A DNA stretch of 64,000 bases from a virus. Lineage: Duplodnaviria > Caudoviricetes. The position numbers and the translations under genes are program-made. How positions within the stretch are numbered: the stretch's first letter is position 1; every line of letters starts with the position of its first letter. Positions 46,934 through 55,507 of this stretch are shown here, one piece after another. The stretch is taken from the IMG/VR virus record IMGVR_UViG_3300038443_002533, positions 1 through 64,000 of that record, one strand, 5' to 3'. The notes below the pieces were generated by a model that ran no database searches, had not been told where the DNA came from, and was given only the letters and a program-made list of their open reading frames with translations.

Positions 46934-49327
46934 ATGACCGATATTCAGAAGGAAGACGCAAAGTCGTTTCAAAACTACTATCGCCATTGCGGCGAACATT
47001 GGGGGCTCGCCGGCGATAGCGCACACAACGACCGCTGCCCGGAATGTAACAAAGAAATTCAACCGTACGAATCCATCGATATCACTAACGGCAAAAACAC
47101 CAACCCGAAAGTGCATCTGTTGTTTTTCGGCGCCAACCCGACGCAGTGGGGTAAAGCTTCCGTGATGGCAACTGCGCGCGCGATCGATCATTTGCAGCGC
47201 ACGGGTTCGTACGTGATTAGCGTTGGCGATAAGGATGATTCGGATGAAGCCGTCGTGAACAAATGGGAATGGTTTAAAGATCTGATTCTGGGGCGGGAAG
47301 AACGTGGCGACACCCAAGACCGCTGGATCGTTGTCGTCGATAGCGGTTCGCCGGGATTCCGGAGAATCGCCACGTTGGGGGTTGGTAACCCGACAGTCAC
47401 CCTCTTCCATCATATTCAGCCTGGCCGCGACACTTATCTTTATCCTGCGGATATTCCCACACATTCGCAACGCCCAGAAAAGCTGCGACAAGTCATTGAG
47501 TATTACCTCAATCGCGGTTTTAACAAACAACTACAAAAGGATATCACCATGGAAACCAAACCGACCATGACCGACGGCAGTCTTCGTAACTTGCTGGTGG
47601 GTGCCCGTCAACTCATCGCTACGTGGGCCAGTGCCCCTCTCCTTGGCGTTGACCACGTTGCTAAACAACAGCAGTCGCTCTTCAGCCCTGAGCATATTGC
47701 CAAGGAGCTGCATAACTTGCGCGATCATCCCAAATACGCGCCGCCGGCGATGATCGATCCACGCATCAATGCGCTGGTCAATGATTTGATTCCCGTGTTT
47801 AACACGGAAGTCGAGCTTAATAAGGAAGAGTCTAATAGCTTCATCTTGCGGCTCGATATGGCAATCGACACGCTCCGCGACGGCGATAAACCGACTGCGG
47901 CGACACCGAAAGAAGAAACCAAGTCAATCAGTCTCGCCGAACTGCACAGCACCGTCGTTAACGCGATCAATCTTCTCAGCGACCCGTCGTCGAATATCGA
48001 TCGGCCTCGAACTATCGAATATCTCACGCATGTGGAAGCTTATTTGCGTGATCGATGCGATCAATCGGCCAGTGACGCATCTAATGGCGGAATACCCGAG
48101 GGAGCGGTGGCTCGGTATCTGGAACAAGCTTTGGGCAGACTGTCGAATGACTTTATTGCGGGACAGCGGGTGTTGGAGAAGAAGTTCGACGAGCTGGCTC
48201 GTACAGCTTACCCGTTCATGCAAAATGCTTTCCTGAGCGCCCCCGCATGGATTTCGCAACCTTACGGTCCGATTCGTCAACCGATGATGGATTCGTTTCC
48301 GAAGATGCCGGATGGCTTCGGCTTCCCCAACCACATCGAGGACCGCGAAAAGTTCGAGTTTTTCCAAGACCCACGTAACCGCGGCCTTCCCCGCCGCGGT
48401 ATTAACAACGGGTTCGGTATGGCTGGCCCGGGAGTACCGGTCGCCCCCAGGGCGGAACCACTGGTAAGTTTCGACGGCATCTTCTTGTTCCACGTCGAAC
48501 ACACGATGGCCCTTGAGACCATCAGATCGACGTATTCGTGGCTCACGCAAACGTATCCAAATGCCAAAAGCATAGTGATTAATTACGATGGCGCCCAAAC
48601 CGACGAGGAAATTGCCGAGCGATACAAGAAAATTTTGACAGAAGTGGTGAGTCGTTATAGCGGGGTCGACGCGTTGCAGGTAAATGTGGTGGTTACGCCC
48701 TCGCTCGCCACCGCGCCCATGGATAAGATAAATCGTATCCGGGATATGTTGAGAACCAGGGTTACTCCCTATACCGCCTTACTGGCTTCCTCTTTCAATA
48801 ATCGCGAAATGCTGATCGTGAGGCTCAATAGTTCGATCAAGTTCGCGCGGAAATGTACCGAAACTAGCTCGTCGAGTTGCGACCCGCAGGGGGCTCAGGT
48901 CAACAACCTGAGTGACTATCGTGGCGTCGTGATGTTCCACGTCAACGATCCGTCCATTGAATTTGCGCTGGGTCAGAATGAAGCGGATATCAACGCAGTG
49001 TTACCGAACGCGCGCCGTTATATGGTCTTTCATCCATCACGGGGAAATCAACCGCTCGATACTTTCTTGCGGGAAGCCATCAGTGATGTGGAACCTCGGT
49101 CCAAGACACAACAAATCCTGCATGTCGTACTCAGTAATGATACGTCAGTGTGGGATGCGCAATTCATGAACGACACGTTGAGTGCATTGATGCAGCTCGA
49201 TCAACCGTGCACGACATTCTACCTTTCCAATGGTAAGTTGGATCGACACAATTTCGCCCACACTTTGACGAACACGCTGCAGCAGTATAGTTTCATGCCG
49301 GGCACACGTGTACAATCGCGTTATTAG
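46934..49327 (+). CDS. Multidomain hypothetical protein (797 aa): Zn-finger-like N-terminus, degenerate P-loop domain, long C-terminal part with its own internal start
   Basis: HC...W...CPEC; FGANPTQWGKAS followed later by WIVVVDS; in-frame ATG at 47549 with a full A/C-rich + AAAAGGA leader. Confidence 0.7.
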   Translation: MTDIQKEDAKSFQNYYRHCGEHWGLAGDSAHNDRCPECNKEIQPYESIDITNGKNTNPKVHLLFFGANPTQWGKASVMATARAIDHLQRTGSYVISVGDKDDSDEAVVNKWEWFKDLILGREERGDTQDRWIVVVDSGSPGFRRIATLGVGNPTVTLFHHIQPGRDTYLYPADIPTHSQRPEKLRQVIEYYLNRGFNKQLQKDITMETKPTMTDGSLRNLLVGARQLIATWASAPLLGVDHVAKQQQSLFSPEHIAKELHNLRDHPKYAPPAMIDPRINALVNDLIPVFNTEVELNKEESNSFILRLDMAIDTLRDGDKPTAATPKEETKSISLAELHSTVVNAINLLSDPSSNIDRPRTIEYLTHVEAYLRDRCDQSASDASNGGIPEGAVARYLEQALGRLSNDFIAGQRVLEKKFDELARTAYPFMQNAFLSAPAWISQPYGPIRQPMMDSFPKMPDGFGFPNHIEDREKFEFFQDPRNRGLPRRGINNGFGMAGPGVPVAPRAEPLVSFDGIFLFHVEHTMALETIRSTYSWLTQTYPNAKSIVINYDGAQTDEEIAERYKKILTEVVSRYSGVDALQVNVVVTPSLATAPMDKINRIRDMLRTRVTPYTALLASSFNNREMLIVRLNSSIKFARKCTETSSSSCDPQGAQVNNLSDYRGVVMFHVNDPSIEFALGQNEADINAVLPNARRYMVFHPSRGNQPLDTFLREAISDVEPRSKTQQILHVVLSNDTSVWDAQFMNDTLSALMQLDQPCTTFYLSNGKLDRHNFAHTLTNTLQQYSFMPGTRVQSRY

Positions 49328-49405
49328 TAATTTTCTACAATCTTTCCCACATTCAATGTCCAATTGGCGTTGAGCTTTTCATAACCAAAAACACAAGGAT
49401 CTAGC

Positions 49406-50449
49406 ATGACCAACACTAACCCGAACACGATCACCAGCGCACCCAAAGGCCGCATCCGGTTGTACTGCTGCGGTGGCGCTGCCATCAACATCGTCAGCCA
49501 GCTCAACAAGATCCGCATCAACCCGGACATGCTGGCCAGCTTCGAGCCGGTCCAGATCGACACTGCGGTCTCCAACCTGGGCGACCACACGATCGGCATG
49601 GAAACCTACCTGCTGCCCAAGACCAAGGGCTCGGGTAAAGACCGCACCGAAAACCTGGCGCTGGCACGCGAACATACCAAGCCGATCCTCAAGGCCCACC
49701 CGCCGCTCGATCTGAACATCGTGCTGTCCACGGGCGCCGGCGGCTCCGGCTCGGTCCTGGCACCCTCGATCGTCAGCGAACTCCTGGCCGCAGGTCAACA
49801 GACCATCGTCCTGCTGATCGGGGTGACCGCCTCGCGCCGTGAAATCAACAACACCCGCGGCACGATCAAGAACTACCAGGAAATCGCGGCAGCCCGCAAC
49901 GCCCCGGTGGTGATGAGCTACCTGCAAAACTCATCCAACATGCCGCGTGAAAAGGTCAATGCGCACATGCTGTCGACGATCTCGTACCTCGGCCTGCTGT
50001 TCTCGAACCGCAACAGCGAACTCGATCCGATGGACCTGCGCAACTGGCTGTTCTTCACCAAGCAGGGCATCACCTCGGGCCTGAAGCCGCAACTGTTCAG
50101 CCTGAACATCCTGCTGCGCGATGAGAAGGATGCCCAAGCCGACATGGTGTTCGAAAACGATCTGCACAACCTCGGCAACGTGCTGTCGCTCGCAACGCTG
50201 GCGCGTCAAGGTGTGCACACCGATCTGCCCGATGGCTACCTGCCGGAATACCAGGCAGTGGGCTTTGTGCCGAACCTAGCGGGCAGCACGGCGTTCGAGG
50301 GCACTTCGGTGAACTACCTGATCACCGACGGCCTGGTGCCGACCATCATCGCTGAACTGCGCAATGCTGCCCAGCATCCGCAGCCGGATCAGATCGATGC
50401 GACGGACATGGACGATGACGATGAAGTGAACGCGGTGAGCTTCGCGTAA
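49406..50449 (+). CDS. phuZ: Phage tubulin PhuZ/TubZ
   Basis: 'LYCCGGAAINIV', 'QIDTA', 'GSGKDR', tubulin signature 'GAGGSGS'; acidic C-terminal tail; strong codon bias. Confidence 0.92.
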   Translation: MTNTNPNTITSAPKGRIRLYCCGGAAINIVSQLNKIRINPDMLASFEPVQIDTAVSNLGDHTIGMETYLLPKTKGSGKDRTENLALAREHTKPILKAHPPLDLNIVLSTGAGGSGSVLAPSIVSELLAAGQQTIVLLIGVTASRREINNTRGTIKNYQEIAAARNAPVVMSYLQNSSNMPREKVNAHMLSTISYLGLLFSNRNSELDPMDLRNWLFFTKQGITSGLKPQLFSLNILLRDEKDAQADMVFENDLHNLGNVLSLATLARQGVHTDLPDGYLPEYQAVGFVPNLAGSTAFEGTSVNYLITDGLVPTIIAELRNAAQHPQPDQIDATDMDDDDEVNAVSFA

Positions 50450-50715
50450 TGCGCATCGCCGTCATCGGAGGCGGCTCCGACGGACGGCTAGGGGCCGCCA
50501 TGCTGGCACTACTGGGAGGATCTCTGCACTGCGTAGAGATCATGAGTTCGGTGCAAGAACTGGTGGCCTGGATGCCATCGCTGGTTCTCATCGAAGTTCT
50601 CGGTATCCATCATGGCGGCATTTTCGAAGGGGTCCGCCCAGGATCACTCCTCACGTCTAGCGAAACTGTGTGGCCCGCGCTTTGGGTGTGCGGCAGCTAC
50701 ATCTATTTCTCATGA
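50449..50715 (+). CDS. Possible small protein translationally coupled to phuZ (88 aa)
   Basis: TAATG overlap; starts with a Rossmann-like MRIAVIGGGSDG; weak codon bias. Confidence 0.4.
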   Translation: MRIAVIGGGSDGRLGAAMLALLGGSLHCVEIMSSVQELVAWMPSLVLIEVLGIHHGGIFEGVRPGSLLTSSETVWPALWVCGSYIYFS

Positions 50716-51040
50716 CGAAGGTCCCCTGGGTTACCGCCATGCTGCGTGCAGGTAACTTCGGAAATAGATCCTCATCTTTCCCCTAGCCATTCGCTGCGAG
50801 CGATATTAGATGCCTGTCCGGTATCTGTCTGAGTCTGCGTCCTCTGTGCCTGCGATGTGAGGTGCACGACGGGATGATCGGACGTTAAATGAAGTACACT
50901 TGGAGGGGAGTGGATTGAACGAAGGGACGCAGTTTTCTGATTCATGAGTCAGAGAACTGGTCAACATTAGTTATCCCAGGCCCCTCCATTTCCTCCACTT
51001 ACCTAAGGGTTCTCTTACGAGAGCGTTTGGGTAAGTGGGT
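50716..51040 (+). ncRNA. Structured intergenic RNA candidate
   Basis: GTTACC/GGTAAC; CTGCGTCC/GGACGCAG; TGGAGGGG/CCCCTCCA; CAGTTTTCTGA/TCAGAGAACTG; terminal 13-bp stem enclosing CTCT-TACG-AGAG. Confidence 0.5.
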
Positions 51041-51090
51041 TAATTTCTTATGCCGCCACCTCGTTTCGGCATTAATTTACCCATCACCGT

Positions 51091-51098
51091 TATATTAC
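51091..51098 (+). promoter_or_regulatory. Early promoter (TATATTAC)
   Basis: Exact motif 23 nt upstream of the 51122 ATG that heads an 8-gene operon. Confidence 0.7.
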
Positions 51099-51121
51099 GT
51101 AGACCCCTTTAAAGGATCGCC

Positions 51122-51550
51122 ATGCCCTCCAAACGTTCGGTATGGATACTGGACATCCATGACTTTTTGAAGTACTTAGAGACGGCGTTTAGCCAGTTAG
51201 GATCGAAATTCCCGTGGTTACTCGACACCCGCGCCATCGACCAGAATTATCCATGGACTGCGACCCAACGGTTTACCGAACACCGCACCCAGCGTGATGA
51301 ATTGATCGACTGGCTGATCCGTAAGTACTTGGCCGAAATGCATTACATCGACCAGGGCTTGGATGAGTACAGTCCAGAATTCAACGAGGTGCTCGACTAT
51401 TTGTGGGAACATCACGATTATCCGCGCCAGGCGCGCCAATACTTCTGGTTCCCTTTCTTGGTAGGTCATTTGCACGCGCATGCAATCTACCGACAATCGA
51501 TTTGGTTGTATGTGGACCTCACATACAACCCTCATGAACAATTACGCTAA
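51122..51550 (+). CDS. Operon gene 1, hypothetical (142 aa)
   Basis: AAAGGA SD; tightly packed operon between phuZ and the DNA polymerase gene. Confidence 0.8.
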   Translation: MPSKRSVWILDIHDFLKYLETAFSQLGSKFPWLLDTRAIDQNYPWTATQRFTEHRTQRDELIDWLIRKYLAEMHYIDQGLDEYSPEFNEVLDYLWEHHDYPRQARQYFWFPFLVGHLHAHAIYRQSIWLYVDLTYNPHEQLR

Positions 51551-51552
51551 CC

Positions 51553-52485
51553 ATGCACCAATCTTCTCATCAGTTGGATATCCGGCACTCGTATTTCGCC
51601 GACATCCATGACGTCGCTCACGCCATTCAAACCACCTTGGCGACGGTGCTCCGGGAACCGGATAAAGGCGTTTATCTACCCAACCAGTTGGAACCAGTGA
51701 TGCGGGCAGGGTATCCGTATTGGTATCAGGAAACTGTATTCCTGAATAAAGTGCAGCATGTCGAACGCCCCAATCCTGAACCCGGGATGTATCCAGTCAT
51801 GGAGGAATTGCGTCGCCTGAACAACCAGCCGTGGCAGTATTACCGCTACAACTACATCCGGGTGGAAAACTTCGAACAAGTCTTAACCACACCATTCGAT
51901 GTGGTCGATATGGGATTGGGGTTTGTCGCCCCGTATTACAATCCGCATGATGAGTTTCCGGGATCGGATGCCCAGCCCCGTCGCACTGTGTTACCGCATC
52001 ACCGTGCACACGAGGCCACGCTGACCCCGACCCTCCCTTGGGCCGGGATCCGTATCGCGCACCAAATGATCGAAAACGAAATCAGTTCGACTCGTTATTT
52101 TGGTAACTCTCCTGCTAAAACGCTGGAAGAGATCGCGTTACCGTTCGTGAGTGAAGCGTATCTGCCGCCCACGATTCCGGATAGCGCCAAGATCGACCAC
52201 ATGAGGAGCGATCGGTGGTTTCATCAAGCGTTGAACAACATCTTCGAAAACATGTTGCTGGTGCTCACCCCGATCCGCAATGTGTTGCGTAATAACCCGT
52301 ACCAGATGTGCAGCGTCAATTACAACGATGGCTATCAAATCCGCATCGACCAGTTGGGAGACTACCGTATCCATGAATGGGAGCGGATCGTCAACGATCC
52401 TGACTACCAACAATTCCTCCGGGCTAAAGCCAACGGCACGCTCGCGCAACTCTACCCGGCTGACCCTTCTACCCTCTACCGCTAA
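51553..52485 (+). CDS. Operon gene 2, hypothetical (310 aa)
   Basis: 2-nt spacing from the previous stop; aromatic-rich. Confidence 0.8.
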   Translation: MHQSSHQLDIRHSYFADIHDVAHAIQTTLATVLREPDKGVYLPNQLEPVMRAGYPYWYQETVFLNKVQHVERPNPEPGMYPVMEELRRLNNQPWQYYRYNYIRVENFEQVLTTPFDVVDMGLGFVAPYYNPHDEFPGSDAQPRRTVLPHHRAHEATLTPTLPWAGIRIAHQMIENEISSTRYFGNSPAKTLEEIALPFVSEAYLPPTIPDSAKIDHMRSDRWFHQALNNIFENMLLVLTPIRNVLRNNPYQMCSVNYNDGYQIRIDQLGDYRIHEWERIVNDPDYQQFLRAKANGTLAQLYPADPSTLYR

Positions 52486-52487
52486 TC

Positions 52488-52871
52488 ATGGTTACTGAAG
52501 CACTGTTTTTGCTCCCGTTTGACCCGGTGCTTCAAGTGATTGAGACCGGGATGCCGCGCTTGCCCGCTCAAGCGCGGTACAATATCGTCGTGCGGGAATT
52601 CATTGGACATTTGCTCGATGAACTCAGCGTGAAGATCTGGGACCGAGATGCGACTGCGCACACGGCACCTGCGGTCTGTTACTTGAAGAAGTGTGGGGTG
52701 GAGGAGTGGTTGGCGGAAACGTTCGCGCAAAACGTCTTCAATGCCATCTTCGACACCGTGGTCAGTTACTTCCCCAACCTGACGTTTCAAGAACTGGCTG
52801 CCGGACGGTTTGTGTTGGAGCCCGATAATGTCACCCTGCTGGTTTATTTGAAACAAGCCGCTTATGCATAA
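52488..52871 (+). CDS. Operon gene 3, hypothetical (127 aa)
   Basis: 2-nt spacing; overlaps the next start. Confidence 0.75.
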   Translation: MVTEALFLLPFDPVLQVIETGMPRLPAQARYNIVVREFIGHLLDELSVKIWDRDATAHTAPAVCYLKKCGVEEWLAETFAQNVFNAIFDTVVSYFPNLTFQELAAGRFVLEPDNVTLLVYLKQAAYA

Positions 52872-53256
52872 ATACATCGTCGATACCTTTGGGGCGTTTG
52901 AAGACTACCGGGGGTTTGATGAGTTGTTCGATTTCTACCCGAATGGGTTGGCGGGTGTCATCGCCGACTATTTCGAACACCATCTGACCCATCCCCACGA
53001 AGATGCCGCGGACCGCGTGTTTGTGGACCGGATCTTCCAGCTTTACCACGATTCGCAACAATTTCATAGCCTGTATGTCAACGATGTCGAACAACATCAT
53101 GTTGAACTGGCCATCACGACCGCGACGTACTTGATCGGTCGGACTGTGGAAGAATTCATCAAACACCACCGAACGTTGTTGCGGGAATTTAAACTGAACA
53201 GCGCAGCAATAGAACTCGGCACCGAGTGGGGGTATCTGTTGCTCGAAAAACAATAA
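52864..53256 (+). CDS. Operon gene 4, hypothetical (130 aa)
   Basis: Overlapping start; acidic/His-rich. Confidence 0.75.
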   Translation: MHKYIVDTFGAFEDYRGFDELFDFYPNGLAGVIADYFEHHLTHPHEDAADRVFVDRIFQLYHDSQQFHSLYVNDVEQHHVELAITTATYLIGRTVEEFIKHHRTLLREFKLNSAAIELGTEWGYLLLEKQ

Positions 53257-53265
53257 GGAGCGAGA

Positions 53266-53676
53266 ATGGCCGTAGGCGATAATTACACCATCGATTTTTC
53301 GGAGGCCATTGCGATCCTGGAAAAGCAACTGGTCAAAGATGATCTGCCCACGATTGACCTCGATCCGGTCAAGTGGCGCGTCATGGAAATGTTTGAGCAT
53401 GTCGACCCCATGGTGCATTTGGAGCGCATCATCCGGGATATTTTGGCCCACGACTGGCTGTATAGTAAGGTCGAGTTTGTCCACACCACCCCCAGCCGGG
53501 CCAAACGTGAAAAGATTTTGCTGGACCAATACCTGCATGCGTGTTTGCGCCAGTTCGGATTGAACATGTATCGCAAACTTCAAGAACTCGGATTGATCGT
53601 TACCGGCACCGAGCGTTATAAAGTCATCATACAGCCGATGGATTATGAAACTTACACCTTACAACGTACCCGGTAA
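53266..53676 (+). CDS. Operon gene 5, hypothetical (136 aa)
   Basis: AAGGAG SD; shares a C-terminal motif with genes 6 and 7. Confidence 0.8.
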   Translation: MAVGDNYTIDFSEAIAILEKQLVKDDLPTIDLDPVKWRVMEMFEHVDPMVHLERIIRDILAHDWLYSKVEFVHTTPSRAKREKILLDQYLHACLRQFGLNMYRKLQELGLIVTGTERYKVIIQPMDYETYTLQRTR

Positions 53677-54286
53677 CGAACGTATCTATCCGGTTCCTGC
53701 GGTCGCGCCTCAGTACCCGGACTATTACATCCTTAGCATCGGCGACTTGGTCGCGCGGTTCGTGGGTGAATGGGATACGATCATCAACTCGGAAATCATG
53801 TCGCATCCGTTCGAGGGGAATATCGTGTTCCCGGAAGTGTATTCGATCGCGGACGACGGCAGCATCTTCAAACAAGTGTATTCGGCCCAACATGTCTCCG
53901 AACGGAGCCGGGCCTGGCATCCCGATATCAGCCTCATCATCGGGGCGGCGATCGAAGCCATCAAAGCCAAAGGCGAAGCCGAGCACGATTTGGACTTGGC
54001 CTTAGGTACGCTGTGGGTGGATGTGGCGTACATGGCTGATATCCAAGTGCGTTCCAACATCCCCAGCCAACATGTGCCCGCGGCGCTCTCCAGCACGCGG
54101 CGCCAAATCGCCGACCTCGCTATGCAATTCGGGAAGCAACTCTATCAGCGTTTGATTGAGTACGGTATGTACAAACATAACCGCTTCCCCTATCACTACG
54201 TGGGGTGGCAAGATGATTGTGCTATTGTCGCGCTCGACGCTGAGGTTCCTGACCCACCCCCCGGGGTCGACTTCACCATGGAGTGA
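53645..54286 (+). CDS. Operon gene 6, hypothetical (213 aa)
   Basis: Overlapping start; QFGKQLYQRLIEYGMY motif. Confidence 0.8.
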   Translation: MKLTPYNVPGNERIYPVPAVAPQYPDYYILSIGDLVARFVGEWDTIINSEIMSHPFEGNIVFPEVYSIADDGSIFKQVYSAQHVSERSRAWHPDISLIIGAAIEAIKAKGEAEHDLDLALGTLWVDVAYMADIQVRSNIPSQHVPAALSSTRRQIADLAMQFGKQLYQRLIEYGMYKHNRFPYHYVGWQDDCAIVALDAEVPDPPPGVDFTME

Positions 54287-54289
54287 TTC

Positions 54290-54643
54290 ATGTACGACAT
54301 CACCATCATCGATACCATGGAGATGGTGGAAGAGTTTGAGCGGTCCTTGGGTTACCAAATCTGCCAAGAAGATCGCTTACAACTCTTCCAACAACTTTTC
54401 TGGATTCTCGATACCAATACCCCGCTGGACTTAACCGATCGTAATATCCTAGATTACAACAGTCTTGTTTTCGCCAATCATTTGAGTGTGAACCACGAAG
54501 CCGTGGACAAACTGGCCTACCATTTGATGGTGCGCCTGTGGTCTGAGCTGCAAGCACGTGGTTTCTATATCGACGGTAAATTGATGTATATCCCTTTCTC
54601 CATGCAAGGATGGGATTTATGCATACACCGCTGCAAGAATTAA
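54290..54643 (+). CDS. Operon gene 7, hypothetical (117 aa)
   Basis: GGAG SD; LWSELQARGFY motif. Confidence 0.8.
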   Translation: MYDITIIDTMEMVEEFERSLGYQICQEDRLQLFQQLFWILDTNTPLDLTDRNILDYNSLVFANHLSVNHEAVDKLAYHLMVRLWSELQARGFYIDGKLMYIPFSMQGWDLCIHRCKN

Positions 54644-54664
54644 TTCCCTTCAAATGAGGTTTTC

Positions 54665-55069
54665 ATGGATATCCAAGTCGGTGGTTCGTATTCGTTCAGT
54701 GTGTACCCGGTGGCCGTGCTCGGCACCAATTTCAAAAATGTATTGGTTCAGTCGATTTTGGATGCCGACTCGGCGCAAGCGCTGGGCTTGGATATCTTGG
54801 CGCAACACGCGCTGATTTATCCGAGTCTGCCGAACACCACGGTCAACAACCCGCAGAAGTACCGTTATCTGAAAATCAAGCTGCCTACCGGCTTGAGCCA
54901 GATCATCGCCATGGAATGGATCAATCCCGATACGCTCGAAGCAGTGAATCTGGGACGGTTTACCATTGTGATCGAAAACGAATCGAGCAGCAAACAGGCC
55001 AAAATCCTGGAAGCCTTGGCGGGGAATAACTTTACCGTCAAGTCGATCCAATTCGACGCAGCCTCCTAA
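54665..55069 (+). CDS. Operon gene 8, conserved SH3-like beta-barrel protein of phiKZ-like phages (134 aa)
   Basis: GAGG SD; 'YSFSVYP..VLG..FKN....ILD...A...DI...H..IYP.LP' pattern; position just upstream of the DNA polymerase gene. Confidence 0.6.
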   Translation: MDIQVGGSYSFSVYPVAVLGTNFKNVLVQSILDADSAQALGLDILAQHALIYPSLPNTTVNNPQKYRYLKIKLPTGLSQIIAMEWINPDTLEAVNLGRFTIVIENESSSKQAKILEALAGNNFTVKSIQFDAAS

Positions 55070-55079
55070 TCCTTTTTTA

Positions 55080-55440
55080 TTCGGGATCCTTATTGAATGC
55101 AGCGAGGTGCACACGCCTTGATGCTCTCCGCTTGGGACCTGGCCCAAAGGAGTGAATGATCCTGTATGCGGCAGGGTTAGTTTGTGTGAGAGTGACGCTA
55201 CGCCTTCCATCGAGCTTAAGTGAAGGGGTGGCACGAAGTGGGCGCTTGGGCTGTTCGGGGGCTGTTGATCCCGTCGGTTACTTTCCTCTCCGTTGGTTGA
55301 TCCGGCCGTTGAAGAGCTTTGGCCCCACGCCAGCTTACTGAGAGGGCGTGGCGTCACTCGTTTTTTGTACCCCATTGCGCGTCATGCGTGATATCCCAAG
55401 TTGTAACTTTGACCAGGGGCCTTCGGGCTCCTGGTCCTTT
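55080..55440 (+). ncRNA. Structured RNA / attenuator-like element upstream of the DNA polymerase gene
   Basis: 18-bp helix 55190-55207/55342-55359 (two G-U pairs) followed by T6; alternative 7-bp helix; terminal UUCG hairpin 55411-55436. Confidence 0.55.
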
Positions 55441-55507
55441 TATGCCGTTTCTTTTTTTGTATTAGCCGACCTCATCATGTAGTCAAGCTTGCACACTAGG
55501 CCACTCC

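Noticed and set aside
50940-50965. TCAGAGAACT as a group I intron R element
   Set aside because: No S element (AAGAUAUAGUC-like) and no interrupted gene flanking the region.
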